DNA of 63,738 nt, the filler included, from Sphacelaria rigidula (Eukaryota), in NCBI GenBank assembly GCA_964200075.2. It is 5 parts of 5 records of this genome, joined end to end, with 100 filler letters (N's around TTAATTAATTAA, not from the genome) between each part and the next. Parts side by side here need not be neighbours in the genome. Positions count along the whole stretch, not along the records: positions 1 to 12,670 come from CAXNAA020003520.1; 4 more parts are not named here. One strand, written 5' to 3'. Below are positions 1 through 12,770 of this stretch, piece after piece. The notes under the pieces are model-generated. The model saw only the letters and a list, made by a program, of their open reading frames with translations. It did not search any database and was not told where the DNA came from. Positions within the stretch are counted from its first letter, which is position 1; each line of letters opens with the position of its first letter. A program made the translations under genes and the position numbers.

Positions 1-79
1 TGCACCCACATACACCGAAAGGTGCAGACTGGTGCCCAGAATAAATGGGACGACAACACACAACACACACACACACACA
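1..79 (+). mobile_element. 3' end of tRNA-derived SINE family 1 with (CA)n tail
   Basis: TGCACCCACATACACCGAAAGGTGCAGACTGGTGCCCAGAATAAATGGGACGACAACACAC... matches the 3' ends of the copies at 17984-18234, 24885-25205 and 29585-29912. Confidence 0.75.
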
Positions 80-121
80 TCAGTTGAGATTTTTGTCATG
101 GCTATGCTTCAGTTATAATAG

Positions 122-580
122 TGGTTGATTGGTTGATTGTCGTACATGGAGTGATCTCGTACAAACTGGGCCGTTAGAGAAATACTTGTAGGTGCACCCG
201 CCCTCAACGTGATTGAAGGGAAACACTCGCAGAAGAAAACTTGAGGAGGAAACTTGAGAAGAGGAAATGAAAGCTAGGAAATGGGACAGAGAAAAAGAGG
301 AGGACAAGAAGGGAAGAGAAGCAACACCACCACCACCAACAACAACAACGACAACGACAACGACATATGAGGGAAAATAAAATGAAGAAAGAAAAAAGAA
401 CAGAGATGTTAACAAGGGAGAAAAACAGAGAAACAGAGCAGGATATACGAAAATGAAGAAAGAGACGGAAATAGAGACAAGACAGGGGTACGAACTTCCG
501 TGTGCGTGTGGCACAAATACGGTGGTGACAGTATCGGCGTGTTCAGTACGCGCTTCGGTCGTTCCGTCGCCATTGATACC
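122..580 (-). mobile_element. 3' UTR remnant of a (TCAA)n-tailed LINE-related element
   Basis: On the minus strand a pyrimidine-rich tract ends in GTACGACAATCAACCAATCAAC. It shares AGACAGGGGTA-like sequence with the LINE 3' UTR near 17905. Confidence 0.5.
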
Positions 581-658
581 GGCCAGCAATCTGTCTCGTT
601 CGTTTATTTGTGTGTGTTTGTGTGGGTCTTTTCGTGTGTGTGAACATCGTTGTTCCAG

Positions 659-3600
659 CATCAACGGTTACCGTCAAGCTACACTACAATGCTACGGTTC
701 TCCCGCTGGACACGATAACGATGAAGGGAGGCGTTGTGGCTTCTTCGGACACCGGAGGGTTTGCGTCAGAATCCTTGGTGTTGATTCAGAATTCCGACAA
801 GTCACCTGCTCCTCTCATCGCTGCGGACGTGCGCTACACGGCTCTGGCTCATTGTCAGGTAAGACGGGTCAGATAGCGACGATGTCAGCGCTGTTCATCA
901 ACAGCGGAGGACCACCCCAACTGTACGCAGGGGTTTCGATTCTCATGGGTTGACGGGATGGCACCTACAGTATATTCGGTGTTCCCGTTGTTGCAGGTGT
1001 CTACGTTTCGGTTCCATTCGAGGCTATAGAAAAGCTCGTGGTCTTTAACGCTTCCAAAGGTTAATTTAACACACAACTTACTCCACAACGTGTTTCTGGG
1101 CAGCGCGAACTCTGACCCCGAAGACTATCATCGATCGCACGAAATCCCTCCTTGGAGATACGCGCAAATATCTTCTACTCACGATATATCTTGAGCGAAA
1201 TTCATTTTCGTCTCCTCCCATGTGGCGACGAGGTGGGCACAAGAACAGCAACTTTGCCAGACGTCGACGTGGTATTTGATCTGATCTTCATCCCGCACAC
1301 ATCACATCACCCAACACCACCAACGATTGTTACTGGTCAGATTTTTTCCAGCAGAGTGAATCCGTGTAGATATAGTCGGAGCTCACCCGCCTACTCTGAT
1401 ACTGCCAGACGTCAACCACCTGTTGTTGTCTTTGACGCATCTTCCGTCGTTACTGTCCTGTCCGATGGCAGGATCTCGTGGTGGATATGACCGCTTCCAG
1501 TGGTAGCGGCGGGCGTCCAATGCTGTCTTACACGTGGGAGCTGTTTGACTTCACAGTCGAAGACGAATCGGATACACAGTTCATGCTTGAAGTGATAGAA
1601 TTGGTCTCCATGGCATCTGGCGATGGGGCATCAGGGACACTCGTTCTCCCACATACTAGCCGTCAATGGCAGGGGCGAGTCTCTTGGAGGTTCAACGTTT
1701 CGGCTACCAACTGGCAAGGTGCTACTGGATGGGACTCGTTTCAAGTGAGCGATATACTCTGCTGTACATAACCAAACAGTACCTCAGCACCACACTTGGA
1801 GAATGCTTCCACAGCATACAACATATCGGCATCGAGTGATCTTGTGATGTACTCAAAAACTACAGCATGCAACATTATTACTATGGCACCAAGTAATCAC
1901 CTGATGTAGTCAAAATTCCCGGTTTGGCTGCAAGCGTCGCCTATCGGTTTCCACATCAATTGTTGTTCACAACAGTACCAAGAACTCGGTCAGTGACGAC
2001 ACGTACGAGGCTGACTAGCCCAGAAACGGATCTCTAGGCTACATGTAGACTCTCACTTCGATTTACACAGCTGGGAAGAACCGCTAGGGCATAATTAAGA
2101 AAGCTACTGTGGTATCTTGACATTTGTTTTTCAGGGATTAAGGGCGAAATCATGGAACCAAACTTTGAAGGTCCCCACATTCCTTGCTTGATTATGCTTG
2201 AACAACTCTAAATACTAAACGATTCATTGCAATTCTACAAGTTCAATGAGAGAATTACAGATTTACAGGCCGAGCCAGCCAGCCTGTAGGCGGGGCTGTA
2301 TGTAGTCGGCCATTTAGCAGCTTCAAACTTTGTGTGACGAATTTCACGGGCGAAACGGTACAACAAAAATCTGCGAGACAATGACTTTTTTTTTTATGGA
2401 TGGAAGACGTTTCAGTGTGATAAGGACGATACATCACGAGGACGTCCTCATCTTATGAACAAAGACTCGAGGTCCCGTACGTTCTGTCTTTTCTATACCC
2501 TTACAATAACCCATTCTAAATTTCATAGCACAGCTCTGAAAACGGAGCTGAAAAACTGAGATTTTTTTGTTTTGGGATGAGGGCAAAAACAATATCCATT
2601 TTCCACCAAAATCGTCTCCAATTCATAAATCAAATCCCAAGGTTCCGAATGTTTAGTTCGTATTTTACCCTTGCGGTACTCCATACAGTACCTAGCTTCA
2701 AGGCTTTTATCAAGCTGAGAGACGTGAAATCCAGACGAAGTGCATACAGTGTCTTTGCTCGTAATATGTTGAGTTTCGTATGGAATATCACGTGCGCCAT
2801 ATCTATAGATAGACAACGAATTAGGTGAAGGTGAAGGCATCAATCGTTTCCCCGTTATCGAGGGAGCCTTCACACTAAAATCACCATCCAATTTCTATCT
2901 CGTTTGGGACGTCTAATGGGCTTGAATATGCAGATATCGTCGTACGTCACGAGATTCGCTCGGCAGGGCGCTTGACTAACCAAAAAACAGTTTACTGAAA
3001 TATTGAGCAAGTGTGCATTTGTTCAGTGGTTCCAGGATAAATAAGATGTGCGGATCACGACCCGAGTCGTCGGCGTCGATGAGACATGGCTGTGAGAGCT
3101 TAATCCTGCTTTTAGGTTGGCCCTGCTAGTAGGAGTTCTGTAAAATAACTTCAAGTTGGCGGTATTTGTCCACACATGCATTTTGACCGATTAGGAAACT
3201 CGGCTGATGTCGAATTTCAGGGTTTTCATCGTCGATGGGTTGCGAAATATCACAACCCCTTGATCATATGTTATTTGGTGCTTCCGCAGCATAGCCTAAG
3301 TAGCTTGCCCAGCAGGAGACTTCAAAGAGAGGCACAGGAAGCGAGGTGGAACAATAATATGCGTCGTCATTTGGCTCTCTGCTATGAACCCGTTTGATAA
3401 CTACCATCAAATATGTAATCTCCTTGTCTTTGTCTCCCAAACGTTAGCTGACGAACTAAGTTTCATACGATGGCTTACAAATGGAATCGTACTTTATAAA
3501 GTATAAGGCTCGGTTGCGCCTGATTTTAATGATGCGCTTTTTACAACGTCTTAAACATCTTGGAGAAGCGTCATGCGGTGGAGTAGCAGAGCTCAATGGA

Positions 3601-6600
3601 GCATCCGATCACAAGGATATTGGTCCACAATTGTTGATCACACTTATGAAGACGTTCTCAAAGGACTCCACCTCACTTCCATCAACGAAATCGCTACAAC
3701 CGGAGAAGGACATGTCCTCCAACGCACAGACGGCGGATGCGGAAGTTGCCTGGCTTGTACAAGCCTGCTGATTTTTTGTTTTCTATTCTGACATCCGAAA
3801 CGCGATCGATCGCATACTCAACTAACTCATGCCACTGCAATCTGGCTGGCTACCATGTACGTCGTTCAAGTCCGATTTTATGCCGATGGCTCCCTCAAAA
3901 TTACGAGACATACATTGATCGGGGTTTCGCCTTCACTTTGACTCATCAGTCATCACACCAGGACTTGGACGAACTCGTAGCTATGGGTCTCGGCGACGCA
4001 GAGGAAGGGCAGTTTCAAGTTGGTGCTTTGTGAGTAGAGCTATCGTCGACACTGCTTGGCATGTCAAGACACACATAAAATATTCTGTCAAAGTATTCCT
4101 TAGCACACCACAGTAGGGACGCGGCTTCGCCACAGAATGCTTGTGCTGCCGAATCCAGGCCCCGTCGGTCGTGTGGTGGGCTGGCGCTGGACACCTCTGG
4201 GGCCTCCTGCATCTTATTATTATTATTCACCTGTCACGGGGTTCATGTATATGTTCGATAGTGACATGGCGTCAGAACAGTTGTGATCGCGTTTCGAAGT
4301 CTGTACAGCACGGTACAGTCTGTTGTTTGTGTGTTGGATACGGGTGTGAGTGAGATTATCTAACTTACGTCTACGTGATTCCGTCAAAACGTTTGCGATG
4401 ACTCGCGCTCATGTTCCTACACAGGTAGATCATGCGTTTCCTATCGGTGTCTAGACAGAATACGAATTTTCTGCAGTGAAAATCATCACACTGGTGGACG
4501 AAGAGTAGACGCGGTGTAGTCATTACGAACGCCAAGTCAACTATGCCTTTGACTCAAAGATTGACGGGAGGCCATCACAGCTTCTGTTTCCTGGCATGAG
4601 CATGATGGTCTAATTGTTTTGCTTAATCACTCATGATCCCAGGGTTGATGGAAGCGATATAGTAGGAGTATGAGAGCGGCAGTCTCTTGTAACACGGCAT
4701 GCAGGTCTGCACTCTCTTTTTTCGCCGTGCTTTCAACCCCTCCCCGTCTTCGGGGCGAGTCTAACCATTCCGTAGGCTTCAGGGACCAAACCCCCCGAGG
4801 CACACGCGGCGAGTGGATTACTACCCCCGCAGCGCGTCGGCTCGCGTCAACTGAAATTTTACTACCGATGTTCTTGCATTTTGAAAGATGGAAATCAGAT
4901 GCCTGTCATGCTTGTCGGCGAAAGAGCACGTGCGTCTTCCGGGATTCGAACCCTATGTCTTCCATTCCAAGAGCCTTTGGTGGCATGAGTCAGGCCGTCG
5001 GGACGCGGTGGTACTGGGGGTGGTAAATGGTAGAGACCAGAGCGGGAACAAACGCCGCCCTCACTCCTCACACTTCACTCCATTCTTTCCCAGGACATCG
5101 GCGATATCTTGCTCTCTACTTATGGGATAAAATATTGCCAACTGCACGTTTTGGGTGAAGCAGTTTGTTGCCCTCGTGAAACGGAGGTCAACTGTACTGA
5201 CTCCAGTGCTAAACACAGGGATTTTCATCAACACCCATCGACATACGGAGGCTGGTGAAAGCGAATTAAACGAACTACAAAATTGCGCTGGGATATGCTG
5301 CATGTTGCGGAATATTTTCATCTGCGAGTACGACTTTCCTCAGATGTTGTTTTCGCCCGGGCTTTCACGTGTCGTATCTTTTAGTGTTTTATTTTACTCT
5401 GGCCAAGCCAACAACATGTAAGGTTTCCCAACCTCCGTTGCAAACCTCTGATACTCCAGGTTCAAGTTTCTTCCAGCACAGAGGACCCCCCGCTCCTTTA
5501 CCTCGTGGGCGGATCTTCAAAGACGGTGCTACGAGCATCAGAGCTGTCTATAGTAGCTGTTTCTGAGGCCGTCTCATGTTACGATATCTGGACCAATGAG
5601 ACCAATAAAAACGCCACGCTGTCGTACCACTGGTCAGATATCAGAACGGGGCTGAGCTTTCAATCGTCTTCTGCGGTGAGTTAATTTTGTTGGTGCTTGT
5701 GCCTCCTTTCCGAAACGTTGATGGTTGAGAGTCCATGCATTCGAGCGCGATGTTCAGATGGCTGGGTTGCAACGTGCGTTCTTCGATTTTTTGCCTGGCA
5801 TGATCTTATATCCCGAACATACCAATGTATAATCATACTTTCTCTGTCTCATAAGTCTGAGGACTTATGTTTGTGCGATCCCTTGACCGTGTCTGATTTG
5901 ATTGCCGTTTTTTTGTTGAACTCGTGACCGTTTTTTTAGTCGAAACCGTCTTTTTTTCAGCTGGTGCTGGAACCATGCGGCCGAACGGCCGAAAAAAATC
6001 AATCGGCCCCCGAACGACCGTATTTCGCCCCTTTGGCCCATCAAGCCCTTCGGCACCCTCACCTTGCCCGGCGGAATAGCCAACGCAACCTCCATCGCAA
6101 TTGCAATGCGGCGACCCAATGATAGCCCGCCGCCCTTACGGCGAGGTAGAGTGGTACTTTGGGGCATATCCATCGTTTGCGTTGTCTGTGTGCTAAGTTC
6201 GGGGCGGTAAACACGAGTTTTCATGATAATTTTCAGAATATGCTCATAAATATTCTCATAAACATTCTCGAAAATGTGCCACATGTGTATATTTTGACAT
6301 CATTTTGGTATTGATAGCTAGGTCTTTTCCTTTCGTTCTTTTTCATCAGCTTCGTTGGCGCTTTTTGTTTCTAACAAACCCGACTATAGGATGATCGTCA
6401 ACGTTGGAATACGCAAACGATTGAACGCCCATAAGTTCCCAGACTTACGGGACAGAGGAAGTACATTGATTCTTCTTGTCCATTCTACTCTTCTGTAGTT
6501 TTTCTCGACCTCACTTCGGCAAGTGTTTTGCTTTCGTTTCTTTTTGTCGCTCATTTATATCTTGTAGCCATGGCTGGTGTGGCATTATAGTATTTTAGTA

Positions 6601-9600
6601 CTATAGTACACTATTATAATGTCATAATATTATGGTATCAAAGCACACCAATTAACATTAACTTGTGACACAACCAACTAATCCATCAATTCCAACGCTC
6701 GATTGGTCTCTAAACAGAATCCAAGCGTATTGAGGCTTCCTTCACACTCCCTGGAGGTTGGACAAATGTACGAGTTTCAAGTCAACGTAACCGACAGCAA
6801 TGGGTACAGCTCTTTGGCTACGCAGGTACGGAAAAATATATCGCTGAGGCTCCTGCTGATTCGACGTTCGAAGACTGGTTGGATGCCGCTGACGTCGAGA
6901 AGAAGTATGTCACGAACTCCAATACGCTTGCTCGCTAGTCCCGACGCCGATTACTACGAGATGACGCAAAGTAGGGAAAATTGCCAAAAATCTTGTTGAC
7001 GTATTGATGTTGGTGGGACATGACACCCTCAACGTACCCCCAGTCCCTAAGATTTTTCATGCATCACACTTCATTATTTTCCCCTCTGGCAGTTCTCGAC
7101 CGCTCGCCCCTGTTGAAGTAGAGAAGCATGGCCAAAGTCGCCGCTTGATGCCCATTTGACTGTGTACGCTTCAAGGAACATGCAAGTTATTACTTCTTCG
7201 ACTCGTGAATGTAGGGCTCCGTTCTCTATACGTTACACGTTATATGTGGACCATACGTTGTTTCCTTGTCGCATCCTGAGTACTGCCTTCTATCAATGCT
7301 TTCCGCTGCAGATAGTCACTGTCGACAGCTCGCCGATAGTAGCAGCGGTAGCCGGGGGGAACCGCACCGTGGTCAGAGGAACGGAGGTGGTACTGGATCT
7401 TGGCGTATCCCTAGACCCAGACGAGGTGAGGTGTTGTGTGTCAAGCTAGTGGTGTTGGATGCGCGAAGTGGGAAGAGTCCATGAGCATGTCCGCAAACGT
7501 CAGAAAATAGCGGGCACGATAAGCCGTGGGATTAAGGGAGCAACTTGCCCTTGGTGAGACTTTGAGAACGAGGCACTCTGGAGCTGGGAGGCAAAACGTT
7601 ATTGTGTACCTTTACGTAGCCGACCTTGTCGATGAGAAGCGTATACTTGACGGTAAGGTAAGCAATGTTACTCCGAAGTGAAAAATTGGAGATGAAAAGC
7701 GGCTGATAGACACAGCGTTCGTTTGCTGTTTGTAGCGCTGCTGGTTCCTAATAGGTACGAGGTACGTTGCTCACCCATCTTTGATGTAGCGAGAATGTCG
7801 AATTACGATTACCAAAAATTGCTACTTTCCACATACCGAAAACCGTTTCCGACAAGGAAACAGTGTCGAGAAATAGCTAAAATAAAAGTACTTCACTCCC
7901 TCCTCTGCTGATAACAGGAGGATGGCCATTGCTTCGACTGCGTATTTACCGCGTCGTGCATTTCGACGGGCCTCATTGGGGAAAGTTGCAACTTGACCCT
8001 GCCTGATGGAGAGTTCAGCAACAACTCTGTCATGCTGCTGCCGCAGGAGTTGAAAGAGGGGTATGTCTACACGTTTGAGGTGGGTCACTCGAGCGCAGCA
8101 ACCAGATCAGCAACAAGTAGCAACACATATACTCACAGGCATTCAACCTTCGTTCACCTAAGGACAGTCGACGACCCTTTCAGGGTGGTTCTTTTTGTGG
8201 AGCCGATCGTGTTTTTTCAAAGAACAAACCAGAGATTTTTATTCAGTGGCACAGCTCTATCAAGAGCAAAACTTGCCCCCTAAGACGTGCCCGGTGCGTA
8301 TTGCGAAGGCGTTTCACTTGACCCATTTCGTTGCACCACCCGCCCTTGTTGTCGAGTCACGCGTTATGAGTAGTTGGGTGGGAGCGTTGTTGTCGTGTCC
8401 GTAAACTTGTGAGCACACCCCATCTTCTGCTCTCGTATTCGAGGTGGTGTTCCGCGATCATTAATAAACTCCGTAACTCTGCAATAAAAGCAACAAAGAG
8501 CTGCACGAAGGAAGCGGCGAGGAGGGAATACGAGTAAACCTTCCACGATCCATGCCCCTATCGACGGATTCATCGCTGACAGTACACCCGTGCGCAGCTT
8601 CATCACAGCAGGATTACTCACTGCCTCGCTCGCTGAATCACATGTCATGAATATGCCAAGTAGATTACGGCCAGAAGATCGAAGGAGAAAACGAGCTCAG
8701 CGACGTGGACGTTTCTGACTATCGGCAGCGAGCAAGAAACACCTGCGGTTTCAATCACACCGCTTGTGCAGAAGGTCAGAGGCGTGCGTGTGCTTTGGGG
8801 GCAGTATGTGAATGAACATCTATTACCATTGCAGATAGATGGCAATCAATGGGATATTTGTGTACTTGGCAAAACAACCGGGCGTCTGGTATACGACGTG
8901 TGCAGTACGTTAAAGTAGAGATTCGGGATTAAAGCTGCACGCATTGCCTAATGGGTCTTTTGCAGCACCCAAGACCTCGTTACACCCTCACGAACGATCC
9001 ACACTACGATATGATCTACAAAAACTCGACAACCGTACGTAGCCTTTGGGTTCAAGTTCCTTGACATAAACGTACTTGATCACGCGGACGTTCTCCAGGT
9101 TAATCCGGATCGCGTGGTGTCGCTCATGGCAGATATGAGTTCTTCTTTTGATTCGGGCGCTGCGGCGGAGTGGTCGCTCACAGAAGGAATATTCCGCGCA
9201 GACCTTCGCGAACTCAATTCGGCGGTCGACTCCAGCACTTTCTACACGGTGGGACAAGTTGACCTTTGAATAGTCGACAGACTGATGGGCGTTGCGTTCC
9301 ATACTACAAAGCCGTCCGCATCATGGGATTGCCGTGCGCGTGTGGGGTGGAGGTGAATGCACCGTTGATTGCATGTGTTGCAAGGCGGGGATATATTTGC
9401 GTGCATCGAGTTCTCAAGCGACCCGCTCTGCTTTCACGCAATTTGGCTTTCGACATCGTACCTGTAGGTCTATGTGCGAGTGACAAAGCATGCACCTTGC
9501 TCTCAATAACCCATCAATCGCACTTTGATGCCCCTTTGATGCTCAGGAACTCCTGCTGAAGCCTTGCTATTTATGACCCTTATGACCCACTGCTGAACTG

Positions 9601-11966
9601 CTGAGAGATACCTACACCCGAGCCTATGTGTACTACTGCCTGTGCTCATCTCATGACTTTAGAACGATTTCTTCGGTCCGGGCACTCCTCCGCCAATACG
9701 TGCCTATTTTAATTCTTGTGCGGAGGCTGCATCGCGCGTGCCTCTTCTGTCGACTGTTTCGTACTCATTGATAGCAGTACGCTCTGCACACTATTCTTAG
9801 TTCAAACATTACTCTTTTACTGCCTGTGTCAGGTTTCTGGGGTCGGCACAATATCAGCCAACATCGTGTTGAAGGCCAATTCTCTTGTGGCCGGATCATA
9901 CTATACGTTTTCTCTTTCCGCGGCATATCTTGGGTCGAGCGATACATCGAGCACGAACTCCCAAAGGGTTGAAGAATCTCCGGCTACTGCATCAGCTAGC
10001 AGTACGTTTCTGGTCAATTCACCTCCTACTAGTGGTTTTTTCGGAGTTTCACCTGCTGAAGGTGAGCATGAAACAACGCTGCCAAGATTTCAGATATCGG
10101 GACAAGACCGCGAACTACTGGGAAACGCAAGATTGCAGAATTTCTTGAGGCAAAGTGCTGAAAAAGTAATCCATGTGATGCCCGGTAAAGGTAGTACTGT
10201 CGGACGAGGGATATCGCACGTCGCGAAACACGAACAACACAGCCGTTGCAGCTTGAGATAACCAGCCAACATTATGTTTCCTATGGAAGCGCTCAAACCG
10301 AACAAAGACGGAAGGCAGTTCACCATGTGCTTCGCTGCTAGAGGAAAGCTTCGAATGCGCCTGCACACGTGCAACGAACGGACAGAAAACTTCCCGCCGC
10401 CCAGGGAACTGATCCTAGGACGGCGGGCTTCACGTGAAACCGACTCTGGTCAATCAAATATCGTTAGATTCTCCTAGATGAAGTGTAAGTGGTGTACTTG
10501 CAATGCGCCCATGCGCATGGTCGACTCATTTCGCGGCACTGCTTATGTTCAAAGGTTTGGCCATTATCAGTCCTTTCGAGCTGAGCACTCGTGCATGGGA
10601 AGACGACGTGGAAGACCTACCGCTCACCTACCGCTTCGCATACGTGAGCGGTAGCGCGAACCAGAGCGATATTTCGAGTGAGGTGATTGTCCGGCCTGCT
10701 CTGGAGACCGCCAAAAGCTCGGACGTTTCTCTCCCGCAGGCAAGTACCGAACCGTTTACCCCGGTTATTGTCTTGGGCGGGATGAAAAGGCAAGTGAGTC
10801 ATTATGACGTAGACGTTGCATCCAGAATGTGACAGGTCAAGAGCTCAAAGCAGGTGCCCACCCTGCTCCTCGTGTCTGCATTGCGCTAGAAAGATGCGAT
10901 TGCTTACTCTTTGGTGCAAAAGAATACCAAAATAGTTCCATGTTTCTACCTCAACCCATGTATGTGCCACGATGATTATACAAACGTATTTTTGTCATGG
11001 TCCAGGCTGCCGTCTCAGTAAGCAGTAAGCAGTAAGCAGTAGGGATGTCCTCACCAAGCACGCAACATGCAACCGCTGCGGCATCGTTGTACCCCCACCT
11101 GGCGGCTGATTGTCATCCACATCTACGCGTTGCATTCAACCACATGCAGGGCTACGGGTTGGATAACACGCTGGTCCTGTCGGTGTACGCCATTGACACG
11201 CTGGGGGCAACAGCGCGAGCCACGACGACAGCGGCGGTTGCACCGTACACCGACGGCGTACATCACCTGGCCGAGTTGGTGGAAGACCTGGCCGCGAAAG
11301 CTCTGAACTCTGGCGAGACGGACAGCTTGATGCAGGTGCATAAAACACTCATCATGTGAACAAGTCGTCCACACTTTGGACCGATCATGTTTGACAGTAG
11401 TAATGTCCCAACCTTGATGGAGGCGCATGGAACGTGTCATTCCAGAGGCAGGGATAGGGTCAAAGCTGGGGCTACTGTGATAAAATACAAAGATCGTTCT
11501 CGATATTTGATATCAACTTGAATCAGTGTGGCGTCTTCGCACGCGGTGTACAGTACTAGAGTACTAGAAATGAAAAATGCAAGGTATCTTGGCGCCCAAC
11601 CTGACCCAAATTCGCCGTGAAATTCTCTTTTGTCGATAAGTACAATGCACGAAACGGCACAGAAACGTCCTGCTCAATATGTTCGCACCATCCGATATTT
11701 GTCGCTTCAAGCTCTCGGATTTCAACCCAATGATCGGTGTCTCAACGCAGGTTCTGGATGCTGCTTGCTCTACTGTGAACTCGGCGAACTGTACGATGTC
11801 CCCAGACTGCGCCGCGTTAGGGCGAGGTAACTGCGGTACCGATGGTTCGCGTCACGACAACACCTGCGGAGAGTGCCTATCTGGGTACACGGGTGTCTTC
11901 GGCTTAGACAATTCTGAGTGCTTGCAGATGGCGCCCATGCCGAAGACATGTTATAATGGAGCAAAG
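659..11966 (+). CDS. REJ (receptor for egg jelly)/PKD-domain extracellular protein with a Cys-rich EGF-like module; internal part of a multi-exon gene truncated by both contig ends
   Basis: Phase-compatible exons: 659-858, 1472-1744, 5460-5675, 6718-6825, 7312-7425, 7918-8079, 8664-8774, 9099-9248, 9833-10061, 10555-10739, 11150-11335, 11751-11966. The spliced protein has REJ-type motifs: CQDLVVDMTASSGSGGRPMLSYTW; VAGGNRTV...LDLGVSLDPD; NSPPTSGFFGVSPAEGLAIISPFELSTRAWEDDVEDLPLTYRFAY; LPQG...VYAIDTLGA. These are followed by a Cys-rich unit (CAALGRGNC...TCGECLSGYTG...SEC). Confidence 0.88.
3609..4230 (-). CDS. Candidate nested antisense gene encoding a small six-cysteine protein (5' end unresolved)
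   Basis: Minus-strand exons 4230-4109, 3980-3959 and 3767-3609 have AG/GT ends and matching phases (2, 0). They give VNNNNKMQEAPEVSSASPPHDRRGLDSAAQAFCGEAASLLCYEFVQVLQACTSQATSASAVCALEDMSFSGCSDFVDGSEVESFENVFISVINNCGPISL*. No homology recognised. Confidence 0.35.
4735..5002 (-). mobile_element. SINE family 2 copy (Pol III B-box head)
   Basis: The minus strand has GGTTCGAATCCC (4951-4962). The body resembles 21950-22272, 43060-43432 and 48432-48690 (CCCTCCC...GxCGAGT...TCAxGGAC). Confidence 0.5.
5880..6480. repeat. Dispersed repeat shared with 30470-31030, probably a non-autonomous DNA element
   Basis: CCATGCGGC...GCCG-AAAAAAA...TCGGCCC...CCGTATTTCGCCCC and G-ACAGAGGAAGT blocks occur collinearly in both places. 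Confidence 0.55.
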
Positions 11967-12670
11967 GTAAGACACTTCGCGGTCGAAAAACTTCACAAAA
12001 TTGGACACGAAGGATCTGTGCCATCTACGTTAGGCCCACGCGTGTAGACCTACGCGTTGTTATATTGCATGCTGGACCCTACGGTTTCCCCTCATACATG
12101 CTTTCTAGAGCGGCTTTCTTGCGCCCGTGGGGTGATTCTCTCATGTTCGTCCGCATCCCGTTCCCTACATGGTGCAGCCGTCGACTTGACTCAAATCCTC
12201 AGCTCCCATACTTTCTGCATCAGGCCATCGGCACCTTCCCCTGTACAAGATATGAACGTGTATGCCGCACGACGTTTTGTTTTCCTCCCTCGAAGTCTCA
12301 GTGGTATGCGGCAGCAGTGGTTGTGCCCTGCTGCCGCAGGGCTCATCAGTGAGAACTGATTCATCCTACGATAGGGGGAGGGGGTATTTTGGAGCACTTC
12401 TTGCACGAAATGCCGAGCCAAATCGTCGTTGAAAGCAGCAACGGTTGCTCGAACGAGCTTGTTATAGATAAATAACACTCATTCATACCGATAGACATCG
12501 TTTTGACCGAAATACAAGCGCATCACGAGTGTGGCAGGTTGTTTGACACACTTACGGGCCTCTTTTCCCTGCAATCGAATACCCCCCCCCCCCCCCCCCC
12601 CCCCCCAACAACAACAACAAACCCCACCCCACACCCCCCCCCCCGAACAACACCAAACCGAAAAAACAAC

Positions 12671-12770
12671 NNNNNNNNNNNNNNNNNNNNNNNNNNNNNN
12701 NNNNNNNNNNNNNNTTAATTAATTAANNNNNNNNNNNNNNNNNNNNNNNNNNNNNNNNNNNNNNNNNNNN
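12671..12770. other. Artificial contig linker (N-run + TTAATTAATTAA + N-run)
   Basis: 100-nt spacer with a six-frame stop cassette, identical in design to the three later linkers. Confidence 0.97.

Noticed and set aside
113..664. 183-aa hydrophobic ORF
   Set aside because: It is a translation of a purine-rich repeat remnant in an intron, antisense to the REJ gene.
2271..3125. Third copy of the CAGGC-TIR MITE family
   Set aside because: It starts TACAGGCC and has similar composition, but I could not find a convincing matching right TIR or a collinear body.
4369..4416. In-frame TGA in an exon-like segment read as selenocysteine
   Set aside because: No selenoprotein-like context or SECIS element was recognised; UTR or decay is simpler.
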